Assembly (NCBI GenBank): GCA_973895155.1 | Contig: OZ316891.1 | Location: 26,963,972-27,027,971 of the forward strand | Origin: Marsupella aquatica | Taxonomy: Eukaryota; Plantae; Marchantiophyta | Reading direction: 5' to 3' | DNA length: 64,000 bases | Shown here: in pieces, positions 26,457-40,000 of the stretch | Layout: every line of letters starts with the position of its first letter | Numbering within the stretch: position 1 is the stretch's first letter | Made by a program: the position numbers and the translations under genes | The notes under the pieces: model-generated | Told to the model about the DNA's origin: nothing | What the model saw: the letters and a program-made list of their open reading frames with translations, nothing else | Database searches by the model: none

Positions 26457-27837
26457 ACAATATATGTTCTTTTGAACTCTTCAGTCCAACTGGGGACCTT
26501 TACCCTCCCACGTCAAAGCCACAAGTGCCTCGTCTATCAGTTTTGCAGACCTTTCAGTGTAGGAAGAAACGCAAAGGCCTTATATGAAGTCACCACTAAA
26601 GATTCTTTGATTTCACTCCAAAGACAAAACCCCTGATCATCAGAAAACCAATCCATGGTCCTATCCCTGAAGCAATCACCACCATCGTATGCAGAACTCA
26701 TGCCCAAATGTTTTGCGAAGAACAATAAAAACACCAAAATGAGACTCTGAATATGATCAAGGCAAAGTACTTTACTCCAGATTGTACTCATCTTTATTGG
26801 TTCAGGCTCCGATTAGTTGTTGACTGCCCAACATTGGCATCAACAAGTGAAAACTCTTAATCCAAACACACACCCGGCCCTGCTTTATCGTCCAGTCTTC
26901 TCTTCAACGATCAGCTTTGCTTTCTGGAATGCCTCTCCAAAGAGTCCTTTGGACTTTTTTGGTAAGACTATGGAGAGTGCCCCTATCTTCCACCCCAACT
27001 ATGAATCAGCCACAATACTCTCCAGCCTCAAAAGAACTCCTATCACAAATTGTCCAATCTATGACAATTATATCCTTAGGTTTTGTTAGAAAATTTCCAG
27101 AATGGCTTTCATAAACCCAACTGACAATCTGCTTGATCATTCAAATGCTAATTATCCAGAACTAGGATCAATCTTTGGGTAGCAAAGTCTCAGCATTGTT
27201 TTTTGGAATACATCCTCCGAAGACATGAGGGGAACATATGCAAGGTCATTTGGAATTTTTGCTTTAAACTCCACTCGACAAAAGACATCCAGAATGATCG
27301 AGCTTACATACGTGAATCCAACAATCAAATAAAAATAATAACATGGCCTCTAATGTTAGTTAGGTCGCTAGCCAAAACCAAGAGGATGAGCCACTTTACT
27401 CTCCCCAATGCCAGAGTATATCAATTACTGTGAACGAAAGGCAGTGACTCCACCCGACTCAACAGAATCGAGTCCCTTTATCTCTCTGATATGGAGTGGA
27501 GTAAACTTTGGAACTCGCTGTGGTTGTCAGATCTCCCCACGAAATCTCGTACATTTATCTGAAGAGTGATCCCACAAGGGCTTTTCACTAATGTCCGGGC
27601 ACCTAAGATGGGTAAGAGTGATGGAACCTGTGGTCTGTGCACTAACGTTCCTGAGACCATTCCACATATTCTTCACATGCAAGCTAGCGAGAAAAGGTTG
27701 GGAACTGGTCGCCAGAACTTTTCCATATCTGATCACCTGGCCTGCTTGTGATCTGGAATCTCTGATGGAGGCCTTTTCTGGACACACTCTTGCCCGCTCC
27801 CTGATAGTTTTCATGGTTTATCAAGTACTATAGAATA

Positions 27838-29683
27838 CTAGCTCAGTACCCGTGCATTGCAAAAAAGATGTCATGTTGCCCAAGATGTTGTTAAGAAAAT
27901 AAATGTCGTGTCCTCTAAGATGTCGTTAAGACAAAAATATGTTGTGTTGCCCAAGATGTCGTTAAGAAAGAAAATGTCGTGTCGCCCAACTGAAGATGTC
28001 ATGAAGAAAAAAATGTCATGTCGCCCAATGTGTCATTAATAAAGAAAAAAGATATCGTGTCACCCAAGATGTTGTTAAGAAAAAAGATGTTGTGACACCC
28101 AAGATGTACTTAAGAAAAATGATATTGTGTCACCCAAGATGTCCTTTTAAAACAAAAGATATCATGTCAACCAAGATATTGTTAAGAAAAAGAATGTTGT
28201 GGCACCCAATATGTCCTTAAGAAAAGAAATGCCACATTGCCCAAGATGTCGTTAAGTAAAAAAGACGTTGTTAAGACAAAAGTTGCATAAAAGATGGTGT
28301 GGTGAGAAAAAGATGTTGAGGTGAAAATAGATGTTGAGGTGAGAAAAAGGAGTTGAAGTGAGAAAAAGATGTCAAGGAGAGAAATGTTGAGGTGAGAAAA
28401 AGATGTTGAGGTGAACAAAGATGTTAATGAGAAAAAGAGATGTTGAGCTAAGAAAAAGAAGTAGAGCAAAAACTCCCGCAAAAACTATGTCAAAGAGAGA
28501 AAAGATGACGATGTGAGAAAAATATGTGAAGATGAGGAAAAGATGTTGAGGGTGAGGGAAAGATGTTGTGGTGAGATAAAGATGTCAAGGTGAGAAACAG
28601 GTAGGATGTCGAGGTGAAAACAAATGTCAATGAGAAAAAGAGATGTTGAGGTGAGACAAAGAAGTCAAGGTGAAGAAAAGATGTCGAGGAAAGAAAAAAC
28701 ATGGTGAGGTGAGAAAAAGACGTTTAGGAGAGAAAATATGTCGAGGGTGAGGGAAAGATGTTGTGGTGAGATAAAGATGTCAAGGTGAGAAAAGATGTCA
28801 AGTCAGGTGAGAAAATATATCGAGGAGAGAAACAAAAATCAAGGACCTAAACGATGTTGAGGGTGAAAAAAAATTGTCGTGAGATAAATATGTCCATGTG
28901 AGAAAAAATGGCAAGATGAGAAAAATATGTCAAGGCAAGGTAGAGTTGTTGTGGTGGTGTGCAACAACTCGTGCACTGCACATAGAAATTGGAGACTGAG
29001 ATAATAGTCGCCGTAACATAGAGTCCAAGCACAACCAAGAGACAGAAAAAATTATGTTTTTATTTTAAATTTTAGAGAAATTAATATCATACATTTATTA
29101 TTTATACTCGAGTCTAATTTTCAAAACTTTAAAGTTATTATCCAACTCTTTAAGTCTCAATTTTAATAATTAGTTTTTAATTAATTTTCAATTAATGTTT
29201 TTTTATCTTGGTTGGGTTTGGGTAGGCTATGGGTAGCTTGGGCAGAGGTAATTCACATTAGTAGAGATATGGATGGATCCTATAGTTGCAGAAAAACAAA
29301 TTTTTACTTAAGACCTAGGATTGTTCCCATTTTTTCTTGATTTTATAAATAATACCATATCCATTTGTAGAGGATATGGTATATAGTGACTTATGATACT
29401 CTTGCATACAAGTTAGGTACCTTTTTTGTCTTTTGTTTCCATCGTTAGATTCTTTTTTGTGTGAAAAGTGCATGCAACAGGGTTAGTTACGTTTTTTGTT
29501 TTGTGTGTCCACCAATTGATTACTGTTTGTGTGAAAAGATTTCTTGTACTTTTTGGTTCACTCTATATTTCATTTGCTTTTGGTTTTATCCCTTATCTGT
29601 ATTGATTACTATTTTTGTTGGCACTGTATTTTTGAATGACTACCACTGTATAAAAAGGCGCAACCTTTTATTATAGAAGTTAA
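27838..29683 (-). mobile_element. Non-autonomous, possibly composite Helitron with a long degenerate minisatellite
   Basis: Minus-strand 3' end TGCAATGCACGGGTACTGAGCTAG|T. Inserted between A and T with no TSD; removal restores the LINE codons AAT A|TT TGG CTT GCT AGG AAT (N-I-W-L-A-R-N). A canonical 5' motif TCTCTACTA lies internally at 29267 (minus). AAGATGT-core repeats of about 19-28 bp span 27860-28940. Confidence 0.8.
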
Positions 29684-30302
29684 TTTGGCTTGCTAGGAAT
29701 GACTGTATTTAACAATGGTAGAAAGAGAAGTTTTGATCTGCTGAAGATCTTTACAAAGATAATTGATCAACTCCATGGATTGTGTGAGGACTCTGGCCCC
29801 TGCAATTGGTGCACACGGCTGCTGAGGACCAAGGAGGAAACTATTAAGGATTGCCTGAAATGGGTTTCTTGGGCGGAGGCACAGTTCGTCGTCTCTCTTT
29901 GCTTTATGACATCTGTTCTAAGTCTTATCTCGTCTATTGGACCGAGGTCCACTTTACTTTGCCTTTCGGCTGTTCCCTGGTTGGGATGCTTTGGGTAGAA
30001 TAGGCCTATCGGGTAGTTACTTGAGCCTCGGTGGTGCTGTGTTTGTGGCATGTCATCGCCCTTGGGCTTCTTCCCCGGGTTCTTTTAGAGGCCACGTTGG
30101 AACGTATTGGGGTTCTTTAGTGGGTTCTGTTGTTGTTGGCCCGTTCGGCTTCTGCCTGCCCTCACTGGGCCTCTATGTTGCCTATTTTGGCCCCATTTCC
30201 CATAGGGTTTTGCAGGTTTTTTGTGGAAAAAAAAGAAAAACAAATCTGAAAAGCCTTGTTTAAAAGAATGGACGTAGGAAGAAGAACGGTCATTCATCAA
30301 CA

Positions 30303-30707
30303 TCATCAGTTATCAGTTTTGATGCTAAAAACATTTTGAATCTCAACTGAGTAGCTAGGATGGGGCCTTTGCACCTATGCGCATCTCAGTTGGGCAGCTG
30401 GGATTGACTCAATCTCAACTGACCTCGCTTAGATAGGCATATGGACCAAAAAATGGGGCGGAAAAAATATGTAAAAATTTGAGAAAAAAATTGAACAAAA
30501 ATTGGAACTTTTTGGTGTTCGTACCGCCAATCTCAACTGAACTAGCCAAGATGGGGTGTACGAACACCCTATAGTGAAAAAAATCCCTTAAATTTTTATA
30601 AATAAATAAATAAATCCAGTTTTTTTGTGCCGCGACTCAACGGTCTCTTTGAGATGAGGTGGCAATTGATATGAGGTAGACTGATGGAAATGACTGATAA
30701 CTGATGA
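30303..30707. mobile_element. MITE-like segment bounded by a perfect 15-bp inverted repeat
   Basis: TCATCAGTTATCAGT (30303-30317) and ACTGATAACTGATGA (30693-30707). A third near-copy CATCAGTTATTAGTCA lies at 30861. No TSD seen. Confidence 0.45.
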
Positions 30708-30899
30708 GATTACTTATCTTCGTTCATCATCTTCTTTGAACTCAGATTTGAGCTCTAGTACCTCGTCATCGAGTAGCGCGTCCAGCTAATAGTCATCAAC
30801 CAGCTACTCTGATTCAGACTCCCAAGATGGCAAGCAAAGAAAGAGAGAGGGGAGGCAATCCATCAGTTATTAGTCATTGATATTAGTGGCCCCACCTTT

Positions 30900-31370
30900 T
30901 TTGTGGCAATCTCGGAGACCTCCCCAAGATCCCGACATTTGTTTTTGGCAATCTTGGAAAGGCTCTTTAAGATCTTGACATTTGTTTTTGGCAATCTAGG
31001 AGAGGCCTTCTGAGATTGCGACACCATTTGAGGACTATCATGGAAAGCTCTCCAAGAACACATGCACTTTTGGCACAATCTCAAAGAGCCTCTTTGACTT
31101 TTAGCCTCATTGATGATTGAGCACCTTGGAGATACTGAGTCACTTTGCTAACCATCTCGGAGTGCCTCTTTGAGATACCAAGTCACTCCGAGGAGTCACT
31201 ATGCTGACCATCTTGGAGAGCCTTTTTGAGTTAACTTTTCGTTCCAATTTTGAGACCATCTTGGAGAGTCTCTCCAAGATGCCTAGTGACTTTGCTAACC
31301 ATCTCGGAGAGCCTTTCCAAGTTTTTGTTTAGTTTCTGAGACCATCTCAAAGAACCTTTCTGAGATACAG
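30900..31370. repeat. Array of palindromic ATCTTGGAGAGCCTCTCCAAGAT-like repeats (left of Ulp1)
   Basis: Many degenerate copies, e.g. ATCTTGGAGAGTCTCTCCAAGAT at 31258. The arms ATCTTGGAGA and TCTCCAAGAT are reverse complements. Confidence 0.85.
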
Positions 31371-31519
31371 ATACCAAAATTTGCAAGTGATACACAAAGC
31401 TAGGATTACAATACTAAAGACATCACATTGAGTTTTCATATAAATTACATTGCCAATGTACACAACAACACTAGCTTACTTCTACATTGCAACCTTTTGT
31501 AAAGCTAACTCCTATCGTT

Positions 31520-33300
31520 CACCCCTTTATTTTGTTATCTGATATGTGCACAGGTCATAAATAACCTTCTTTCACAAGTTGCCTATTGGAATGCCATCAA
31601 AATCTATAGGAGCACCTTCACTTATCCACTTTAAATAGTTAAGGATAAATACCCCACAATTTACACTATCTACTTGTGTTGGAATGCATGACACTAAAGT
31701 TCTAAGCCACTTGTATGCACCTAGTGAGGGCAATCCTCTTTGACCTACTTCATCCTTGATACATTTACCTCTAGAGTATACAGGATATATTGGTTTTGAG
31801 TGCTCCAACATGCTCCTGATTTCTCCTCAAGCGGATCTAGGAACAACAATTCTTTTCCATGTAAATTGACCACTGCCAACCCCCAATGCTTCCTGTTTTC
31901 CTGGTGGATAGGGACCGATATCTTGTCATAATCAAATATTTTCTTGTTTTGGTCCATCAAGAAAAATTGGCAAAATAGTAGGTTGGCATTGAAAGCATTA
32001 TGTAGAATGTTGTGATGAAAAAATACACTTTGAAAATCCTATAGACCTTTCTCTAAACTACAACAAGGCCAAGTATGCATTGATGATATGTGAATGTAGC
32101 CATTGAGCTGATGTTGTTCCTCCAGACAAGCATCTCATTGTGCCCTAGTCAACTTGTAGTCTACAAAGTTGAACATTACTTCCTCATCTGAGAGGTCTAT
32201 GGATAGACATGTGGATGCTATGTCGGAAAATCCCTGTGAGCAGAGTACTTCATCAAATGATCAAGGCATTTGGGTAATTCCACCACGTGTTGCATAAGAG
32301 GGAACTTCAGCTTATTAGGCATCATCTTCATCTGAGCTAGATGTCACCAAATAAGGATGAGCTATCTCGTCACTATCACTTTTATTGTAGTCTACCTCTA
32401 CTGCTCTATCATCTACAAATCTAGATTTGTATCTCTTTGTGTACTTCTCAGCAACACCCCTGAGCCGTTTGAAGGGGCGTAAATCAACACTCACTTTTGT
32501 GTAAGTTGGAAGGCAATATCTTTCTAGAGAGAAAGTTTTGGAAGCTTCCTCCCATGCTTGACAGACTTGGTCCTTGTTCACTGTGTGCCATTGTTTGAGC
32601 TCGATGTTCCTGTAGTGAACTACCTAGATTGGTTAAGTAGACAGTTTAGGGTAATGCCATAATAATGTGGAACTTCAAATTTCTATTGATCAATCCTCAC
32701 CATGGCACAAGTAAAAGTGCAAACTACCTACAACAACTATGGGTTCTTGGATTCAGTGGTTAGTCACAATCCTGAGCATCCCCACCCTTGCCTTCTAGCC
32801 CATCCTCCTCCAAATGAGCCTCAATGACAAGCTTCTTTCGCCCTTCAGACTTCTTAGTCTCCTTGGCCTCCTTCTTAGTCTCCTCCTTGCCCTCCTCCTT
32901 ATTCTCCTTTTCCTTGGCCTCCTGCTTTGAAAGGAGTGTCGCCACCATATTCGCTATTGAGTTGCCGAAGTACTCATGTACTTCCATCCCAAAATACGAG
33001 TCGCCCACAATTATTGGCAGCTTTGTAGATAGCACCAAAGTGGGCATTCCAAGAAAATATTATATCATTGGGACTACTGTGATGTGCTCTATGATGCATT
33101 GCAATGTTGCAAGCGACAAGGTACCTGCCAATTTGTCTCTCGCTACATCATCTTCCTTTGTAAAGTTTGATAGAGCATTGCTCTTCGTTGGGCACAAGTC
33201 ACCAATAATTGGCTTCATATGTAGCTTTAGGAGGGTCACTTGTGTACCCTTCATGGCAAATATATCCAAATGCAAATATTGAGTCTATCGCATCACGCAA
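31520..33300 (-). pseudogene. Disrupted Ulp1/SENP-like (C48) cysteine protease ORF, probably DNA-transposon-borne
   Basis: WLHSHIINAYL, IFDYDKISVPIHQENRKHWGLAVVNL...LFLDPL and IPTQVDSVNCGVFILNY supply the His-Asp-(Gln)-Cys catalytic motifs. Broken by frameshifts and stops, with upstream fragments to ~33275. Confidence 0.8.
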
Positions 33301-33329
33301 TATTTGCACTTATTAGAAACACTAATAAC

Positions 33330-33503
33330 TTAGAGAGGCTCTACATATCTTGGGGAGCCTCTCCAAGATCGATCCTACCTATCTAGGAGAGCCTCTTCCC
33401 CTCCAAGATTAATCTTCCCTATCTAGGAGAGCCTCTCCAAGATCTATCCTACCTATTTTGGAGAGCCTTACTACCTAGTATCCTACCTAGTATCTTGGAG
33501 AGA
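33330..33503. repeat. Second array of the same palindromic repeat (right of Ulp1)
   Basis: ATCTTGGGGAGCCTCTCCAAGAT and ATCTAGGAGAGCCTCTCCAAGAT, about 35-40 bp period. Confidence 0.85.
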
Positions 33504-36500
33504 GTCACGGAACTCGACTACCTTAACACTTAGCTCCGGCATCGCTGACTTCGACGTCGAGCTCCCTTATGGTCCAGGCCCGGATAGGCCATACGGGGAG
33601 GACTTAGCATGGGGAGACTTGTGGGCAATGAGACATGGCACTAGCGAAGGCAAGGAGCCAAGCTGGTGACACACACTAAGGACTTAGACTAGCTGAGGGC
33701 TGGTCGGGCTCAAGGTCGACCGTCCGGACCCTCAAACAGACTTTGAGTTCTGAGGGCTTGAGTGAGAGCTCCTCTTGGGCCCAAGGCCAATGGAGTTGAC
33801 GCCATGAGCAGCGGACGCTTCGGGCGCAAGTTATGGCCCGATCCGGGTTGGGCCAATCGGAGGGCCCAAGTGGCGATGAGATCTGAGGGCCTGGGCATGA
33901 GCACTAGGTCGGCCCAATCACAACAGGCTAAGGCACTCCGCTTGCGGACGCCTAACAAGAAAGTTATGGGCATTATTAGTTGGTGGCGGTCCCAGATATG
34001 CGAGATAGGGTCTGGGTTGGGGTCCAAAAGTTTGGGGACCAAAGTTGGTCCGGGGGTGGCAGGTCTCTAGAAGCATATATGAGGGGAGTGGTGTCTCCCT
34101 AGGGGCTAAGGGCAAGCCAAAGTCGTGAGCCAAGACGGTCGCGACACTGAGGGAAGTCCGTTGGAGGACTTCTTGGGTGCATAGGTCTACGTCCTCCTAA
34201 GCTCAGCTGGGTCTGGGGGTGCTGTAGTTACTTTAGGTTTGCAGGTGTTATCTCGCTTGCTTGCCAAATCCTGTCGAAATAGCAGCCAAGCCGCGTTCAG
34301 TCTCTCGAGGGAGCTTGCGTTGGGGAGGCAAGACCAAGTAGGCATGGAGGTTGAGTTCCAAGGGCACTTGGCCCCTAGACCATTAGTGGGGCGAGAACCG
34401 AGAGTCAGCTGCTAAAGTTGGGACCGTTTTGGTCTTGGCGTGTAGGGACAAGCTTTAGGACAAGCTACGCTATTTGGGTCATGAGCATGTCCTGGGTCAG
34501 GGTGTTCAGTTGGTGATGGATAGGTACGAGGGAGAACTCGGGTTACGTCCAAGGAAGGAGCTGTTCCAGATGAACAATGGGCGTCGGTTCTGGTTCCGGC
34601 TTATGGCATCGGGAGGACCTATCGTTGACCTACTTACCAATGTCTGCTTGATTTAGGATGCTAGACTTGGGGAGTTCTAGATCCTAAAGGGTTACTTACC
34701 GAGGTGTTTGGTTGCTTTTGCAGACTATGGGGACCATTGAGTAGCGGTCGTGTTGGAGAGCAAGTGCGGCTTCGTATGGGAGGGGCTGTTGGGGTGCAAG
34801 GGATGTCCACTAAGGTGCTTGCTCGAGGTATTCCGTGGAGGCGTTCGGGCACCAAGGGCACTCCCTGGGGAATCACTTAGAGTAAAACCCCTAAAACACG
34901 TGAGAACAAACCAATGGAATTTGAAAAAATAAATTTAAAAATAAATTCAATTAAATATACCCTTGTACCATTTATAACATGACTTTGACAATTCTTAAAT
35001 ACCTTCATGAACATAAAAACTAATTTTTTTACCAAAATTGGATTTTTAAATGCCTTTAGTATAAGTTTTTGATTATAATTATTACTCTAACAAGATTAAA
35101 AATAACCTTCATTTGTTCGCACCCCATTCTAATAATCCAACGAGTGATTCCCCAAGGAGGGCACTTATGCGTGGGTGCCTGGATTGGTGAGGGCGTTGGG
35201 TGGCAAGGTCCACCACTATCATGCCCATGGTTTCTCGCTACTAAGAATTTGGCATACCCATCCGGGTAAAGCAATGTCTGATACTCCTCCAATGCCGTCA
35301 GCAACAGCTTCTTCACCCTATCTACATTGGTCAATGAAGATGTTTGCACAATGTTTATGCTTATCCTGCATACAACAAGCAAAAAATGAGCATCAACTAA
35401 GGACCTGAAGGAAAGGTGGAACTTGGAAGGTGCACATGCGGAGCTGACTTGTGCTCATCGTTGAGCGTTTGGTCCCGTCCTTGCTTGGATCGGGCTTGTG
35501 CATTGAGACCTGAGAGGGTTGGAATCAAAGCAAGAGAGACTCCGCCTTCGAATGAATCTCAACTCAATCATTCTCGACCTTGCCATGATTAGAACCCTCC
35601 ATTGAGCTCTTCTAGGTTTAGGGTGGCTTGTGCGGTGCTTGCGGGTGACAGTTTTCACTCAACGGGAATGGGCGACGGGAATAGGGATCTGAGGCCTGCG
35701 GGAGGAGTTACAATAATGAGCTGAGGATTGATAAAGTGGAACAAAATGCAGACATTTGGAGTTGGGCGGAGAGGCTACTTTGCACGGTTGATAAGGATGT
35801 GACAACTGCTTGGGAGTGAACTTCGGTCGGGGATTAGCTACAGTGCGCGACTGAATCAGGGCGCTACATGCAGGCTGCAGTTGAGGTCACTAAACCCCTT
35901 TGAATGTAAGGGGAAGCGGAGGGGATTGAGGGAGCGGGACGTGGATTGCAACCCCGGACTGTCACCGTGAGATTGAAGAGTAAGGTAAAGTTCTCGGTTC
36001 TCCTTGGCCTCTCTTCCCCTCATTGGACTTGCATTGGAAAATTGTGACGATTAGAGCATGGGAGATTCTCAGGTTGACTACTATGGCTCGTCGGGGATCC
36101 CTGGTCGACGAATTGAGGAGCGCGGAGCTAGACTCGCAGGATACAGGGGCTCCCTTCCTACTTCAGGTCATCCGCCTCAGGCGGCTGTGGTGCAGCTGGG
36201 AGAGGGCTCTATTGGGGCTGCGGGGAGCGCTGGCCGGGGCTGTGGTGGTGGAGCAAGGCCACCAGAGATCTATTCGGCCCAGGATGCTCGCTCGGGAAGG
36301 GGCGCCTTGCAAGGGGGAATTGTTGCTGGACATTCTAACTGGGGTGCGGAGCCCTCAAGAGAACTGGGGGACGCATGTGCAATGGACGCTGAGGCTTTTC
36401 ACGAAGAAGAGCACTTTGTTGAGCATAGACGACGATCGCAACGGCAAGCCCATGAACCATCCAACGCACAATAGTCGACACAAGAGATACGTGGTTCACC

Positions 36501-36675
36501 TCCTTGAGGCTACGTCCACGGGAACACACAAGAGAGCTTTACTGAACTCTAAGCCCGTCGGCTATACCGAGTCTCCACAGTGTAAGCTCTCCCTATCTCT
36601 CAAGTGGCTCCATAACAATGAGCCTTGGTTCTTCATCTCCAAGCACACATGCCTCTTATGATATAGTGTGTAACT

Positions 36676-36800
36676 TAGTTGTACCTAACCACATAGTTGT
36701 ACCTAATCACGTAGTTGTACCTAACCACATAGTTGTACCTAATCACGTAGTTGTACCTAACCACGTAGTTGTACCAACCCACGTTGTTGTACCAACCACG
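36676..36800. repeat. 18-bp tandem array within the Copia LTR (also at ~42745-42869)
   Basis: About 7 copies of TAGTTGTACCTAA(C/T)CAC(A/G). Confidence 0.93.
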
Positions 36801-37069
36801 TCATACCTAACCTAGACGTAAGAGTAAATACCCAACAATCTTCCCCTTGACTCTGGTCTAGGGGAGAGTAATACTGCCAATGTATATGATCCCTCAGCGG
36901 GAAGTTCTGGACAAAAACCAAACCGGTTTCCCTCTCTAACTAGAGCAAACCATAAGTAAGCCGTAGCCTAATACATAGGAATGAGGAAGAGCATATATCA
37001 GTAATTACAATGAATGTTAAGAAAACTCTACATGTGATGCAATTGCAAAACCTGCAATACGTCACGGTG

Positions 37070-40000
37070 TCTAGAGAAACTCTCCAAAGGAATCACTTTG
37101 GTAAATGCGTCAGCCGGGTTGAGTTTACCATCAATCTTGACTAGCTCAAACAAATTATCAGACACAGCCTGCCTGATAAAACGTCAATGTGCTTCACTCT
37201 GCTGTCCATCACCTGGTTCACAGCAAGGTGGAGCGCACTTTGACTATCACAATGGAGCTTCACATTCCCCTGTGGCAATCCCATTTCAGTGATAAGTCTA
37301 TCCAACCAAATCGCTTCCTTTGCTGCTTCCGCAGCTGCAACATACTCCGCTTCTGTAGTAGACTGAGCAATACACTTCTGCAAAGTAGACCTCCAACTTA
37401 TGCATCCACCGCCAAGTGTGAACACGTATCCTGTTGTTGATCTCCTTCGGTCCAAATCTTGTCCATAGTCAGAATCAACATAGCCAATCAATGATTTAGC
37501 ATTCTTTGCATTCGCATCAAATAAAAGACCATGATCCACGGTACCCTTCAAGTACCTGATAATCCACTTCACTGCTTCCCAGTGTACCTTCCCTGGATTC
37601 GACATGTACCTGCTCATCTTGCCCGTAGCCATGGCAAGATCAGGTCTAGTGCAAGTCATCAAATACATGAGACTCCCCACTGCCTTGTCATATGGAACCT
37701 TTGACATCAACCCCTTCTCTGTGTCATCCGTAGGACAGAACGTTGATGATAACTTGAAGTGTGGAGCCAACGGGGTACTTACTGGCTTGCTATTCCCCAT
37801 GTTGAACCTTGCAATTACCTTCCTCGCATAACTGCTCTGCGTCAACCATAGCTTGCCGCCTCCAAGTCCCTAGTGATCTCCATACCCAAAATCCTCTTAG
37901 CTGGCCCTAAGTCCTTCATCTTAAACTCTGCACTAAGCAGTGCCTTGAGCTTAACAATCTCAGACCTATCCTTGGCTGCAATTAGCATATCATCCACATA
38001 AAGTACTAAAACAATGAACCCAAAGACAACATTCTTTACCGGTTTCAAATACACACAAGGGTCAAATACACTTCTGTGAAAACCTTGTGACCGAATCCAA
38101 TCGTCAAACCGCTTGTTCCACTGTCTTGGTGACTGCTTCAACCCATACAAGGATTTCAGCAATCTGCAAACCAATTCCTCCTGTCCTCTCTTCACAAAAC
38201 CTAGCGGTTGTCTCATGAAGATCACCTCTTCCAATGTGCCATAGAGGAAAGCTGTGACAACATCCATCTGATCTAGCAGTAGACCAAACATTACAACAAG
38301 TACACACAATAGTCGTATTGTAGAGTACTTAGCAATTGGTGAGAAGACCTCATTGTAATCCACACCTTTCTCTTGTGTGAATCCCTTTGCTACCAATCTA
38401 GCCTTGTAGACCTTCGATCCACCTCCTATGGAATTATCCTTCAGCTTGTAAATCCACTTGCTGTCCACCACTTGCTGACCCTTAGGCAGCTTAACAAGCT
38501 CCCAAGTTTTGTTGTCCTTTAGTGACTGCATCTCCGTTTGCATTGTTGTAGTCCACTTCTGCTTCTCCTTTGAAGCACTTGCCTCATGAAATGAAGAAGG
38601 TTCCCCTTCTTCCAAAATTAACGCATCACCCTCATCATCAGCTGTAAAATCATCCTCTTGCAGTTGAGATGAATCAACCCACTGTCCATACCTTGGTAGA
38701 GCGCGTACAGTGCGACCAGATGTTCTTCTAGCCGATGACTCCGGTTGATCTGCGTGTGCTGGTACAATTTGAAGCTCAACAGCATCCACTTGCTGCTCAC
38801 CAGCATCAACAAACTCCTCTGGTTCCTCTGGCACAGGAACCAGCTCCATAATTGGAGCAACTTCTTCTCTCCGGTCATGCACCTCATAACCAATCTCCCC
38901 CTCAATGAGATCCGGGATAGGAGATTTTCCTTTGTCAGTACGGGAGACTTGAGTATTCTCCCCCTCCTTCAATAATCTGGATTCATTGAAGGAAACATCC
39001 CTACTGACAACGAGCTTACAGGCAATAGGATCCCATAGCCTATAGGCTTTCACACCACTCTGGTACCCAAGAAAAACACATTTCCTGGAGGTAGGATCCA
39101 ACTTGGTCCTATTCTGCTTCGGTGTGAGAGCATATGCATCACTTCCAAAAACTACCAAGCCATGATAGTCTGTTTGCCGCTTATAGCGCATCTCAAACGG
39201 CGTTTTGAAATTGATAGCACTAGAAGGAGAAAGATTTACCAAATAAGCTGCGGTATTGATAGCTTTTGCCCAAAATTCTTGTGGTAAACCTGATTGGCTC
39301 AACATACTCCGTGATCGCTCCAACAGTGTCCGATTGAGCCTCTCAGCGACACCATTCTGCTGCGGAGTATAAACTGTGGTGAGATGGCGAGTTATCCCCT
39401 GTTTTAAACAGTACTCTTCAAATTCCATTGAAGTGTACTCCCCGCCGTTGTCTGACCTCAGAATCTTCACCCTTGTATCCAAACACTTGATCGTGTTTCC
39501 AGTCTGATTCTCCACCTGGGCCTTCCACTTCTTAAAAATGGACAAGACATCAGACTTATGCATCATGAAATAAATCCACACAAATCTTGAGTAATCATCA
39601 ATAAATGATACATAGTACAACTTTCCAGAGTGTGAGGGAGTCGGGGATGGACCCCACACGTCACTATGTATGTACTCAAGAACCGCTTTGGAACGATGAG
39701 TTCCAACACCAAAAGCACGACGATGCTGCTTTCCAAGAATGCAATGCTCACAAAACTCTAATTTACAAGATTGCAAATCAGAAATGAGTCCATTCTTCCG
39801 TAAGATAGCCAAACCCTTCTCACTCATGTGGCCTAGCCGTGAATGCCACAGTTGAGTCATCTCCTCGTGAGACTTGGTTACATTGGCCTCTCCACATACA
39901 GTATTGCCCTATAACACATACAAATTCTTTTGTCTACTCCCCTTCAAAATCACTGTCTCTCCCGACCTGACTTAAAGTTCACCATCAATAATGCTCCATT

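Larger units (their letters stand above)
26040..30240 (+). pseudogene. Highly decayed L1-type LINE ORF2 and 3' end, interrupted by a Helitron-like insertion
   Basis: Fragments FTLPNARVYQLL, GKSDGTCGLCTNVPETIPHI, VYQVL*N|IWLARN and RSFDLLKIFTKIIDQL are homologous to the LINE ORF2 at 47072-49069. A GT-rich 3' UTR ends in an A-rich tail at 30227-30240. The 5' limit is uncertain. Confidence 0.75.

Noticed and set aside
27860-28940. Repeat-spacer-like AAGATGT array as CRISPR or a coding repeat
   Set aside because: The spacers are mutually similar and low-complexity. It is a degenerate minisatellite inside a Helitron, and the overlapping ORFs are compositional artefacts.
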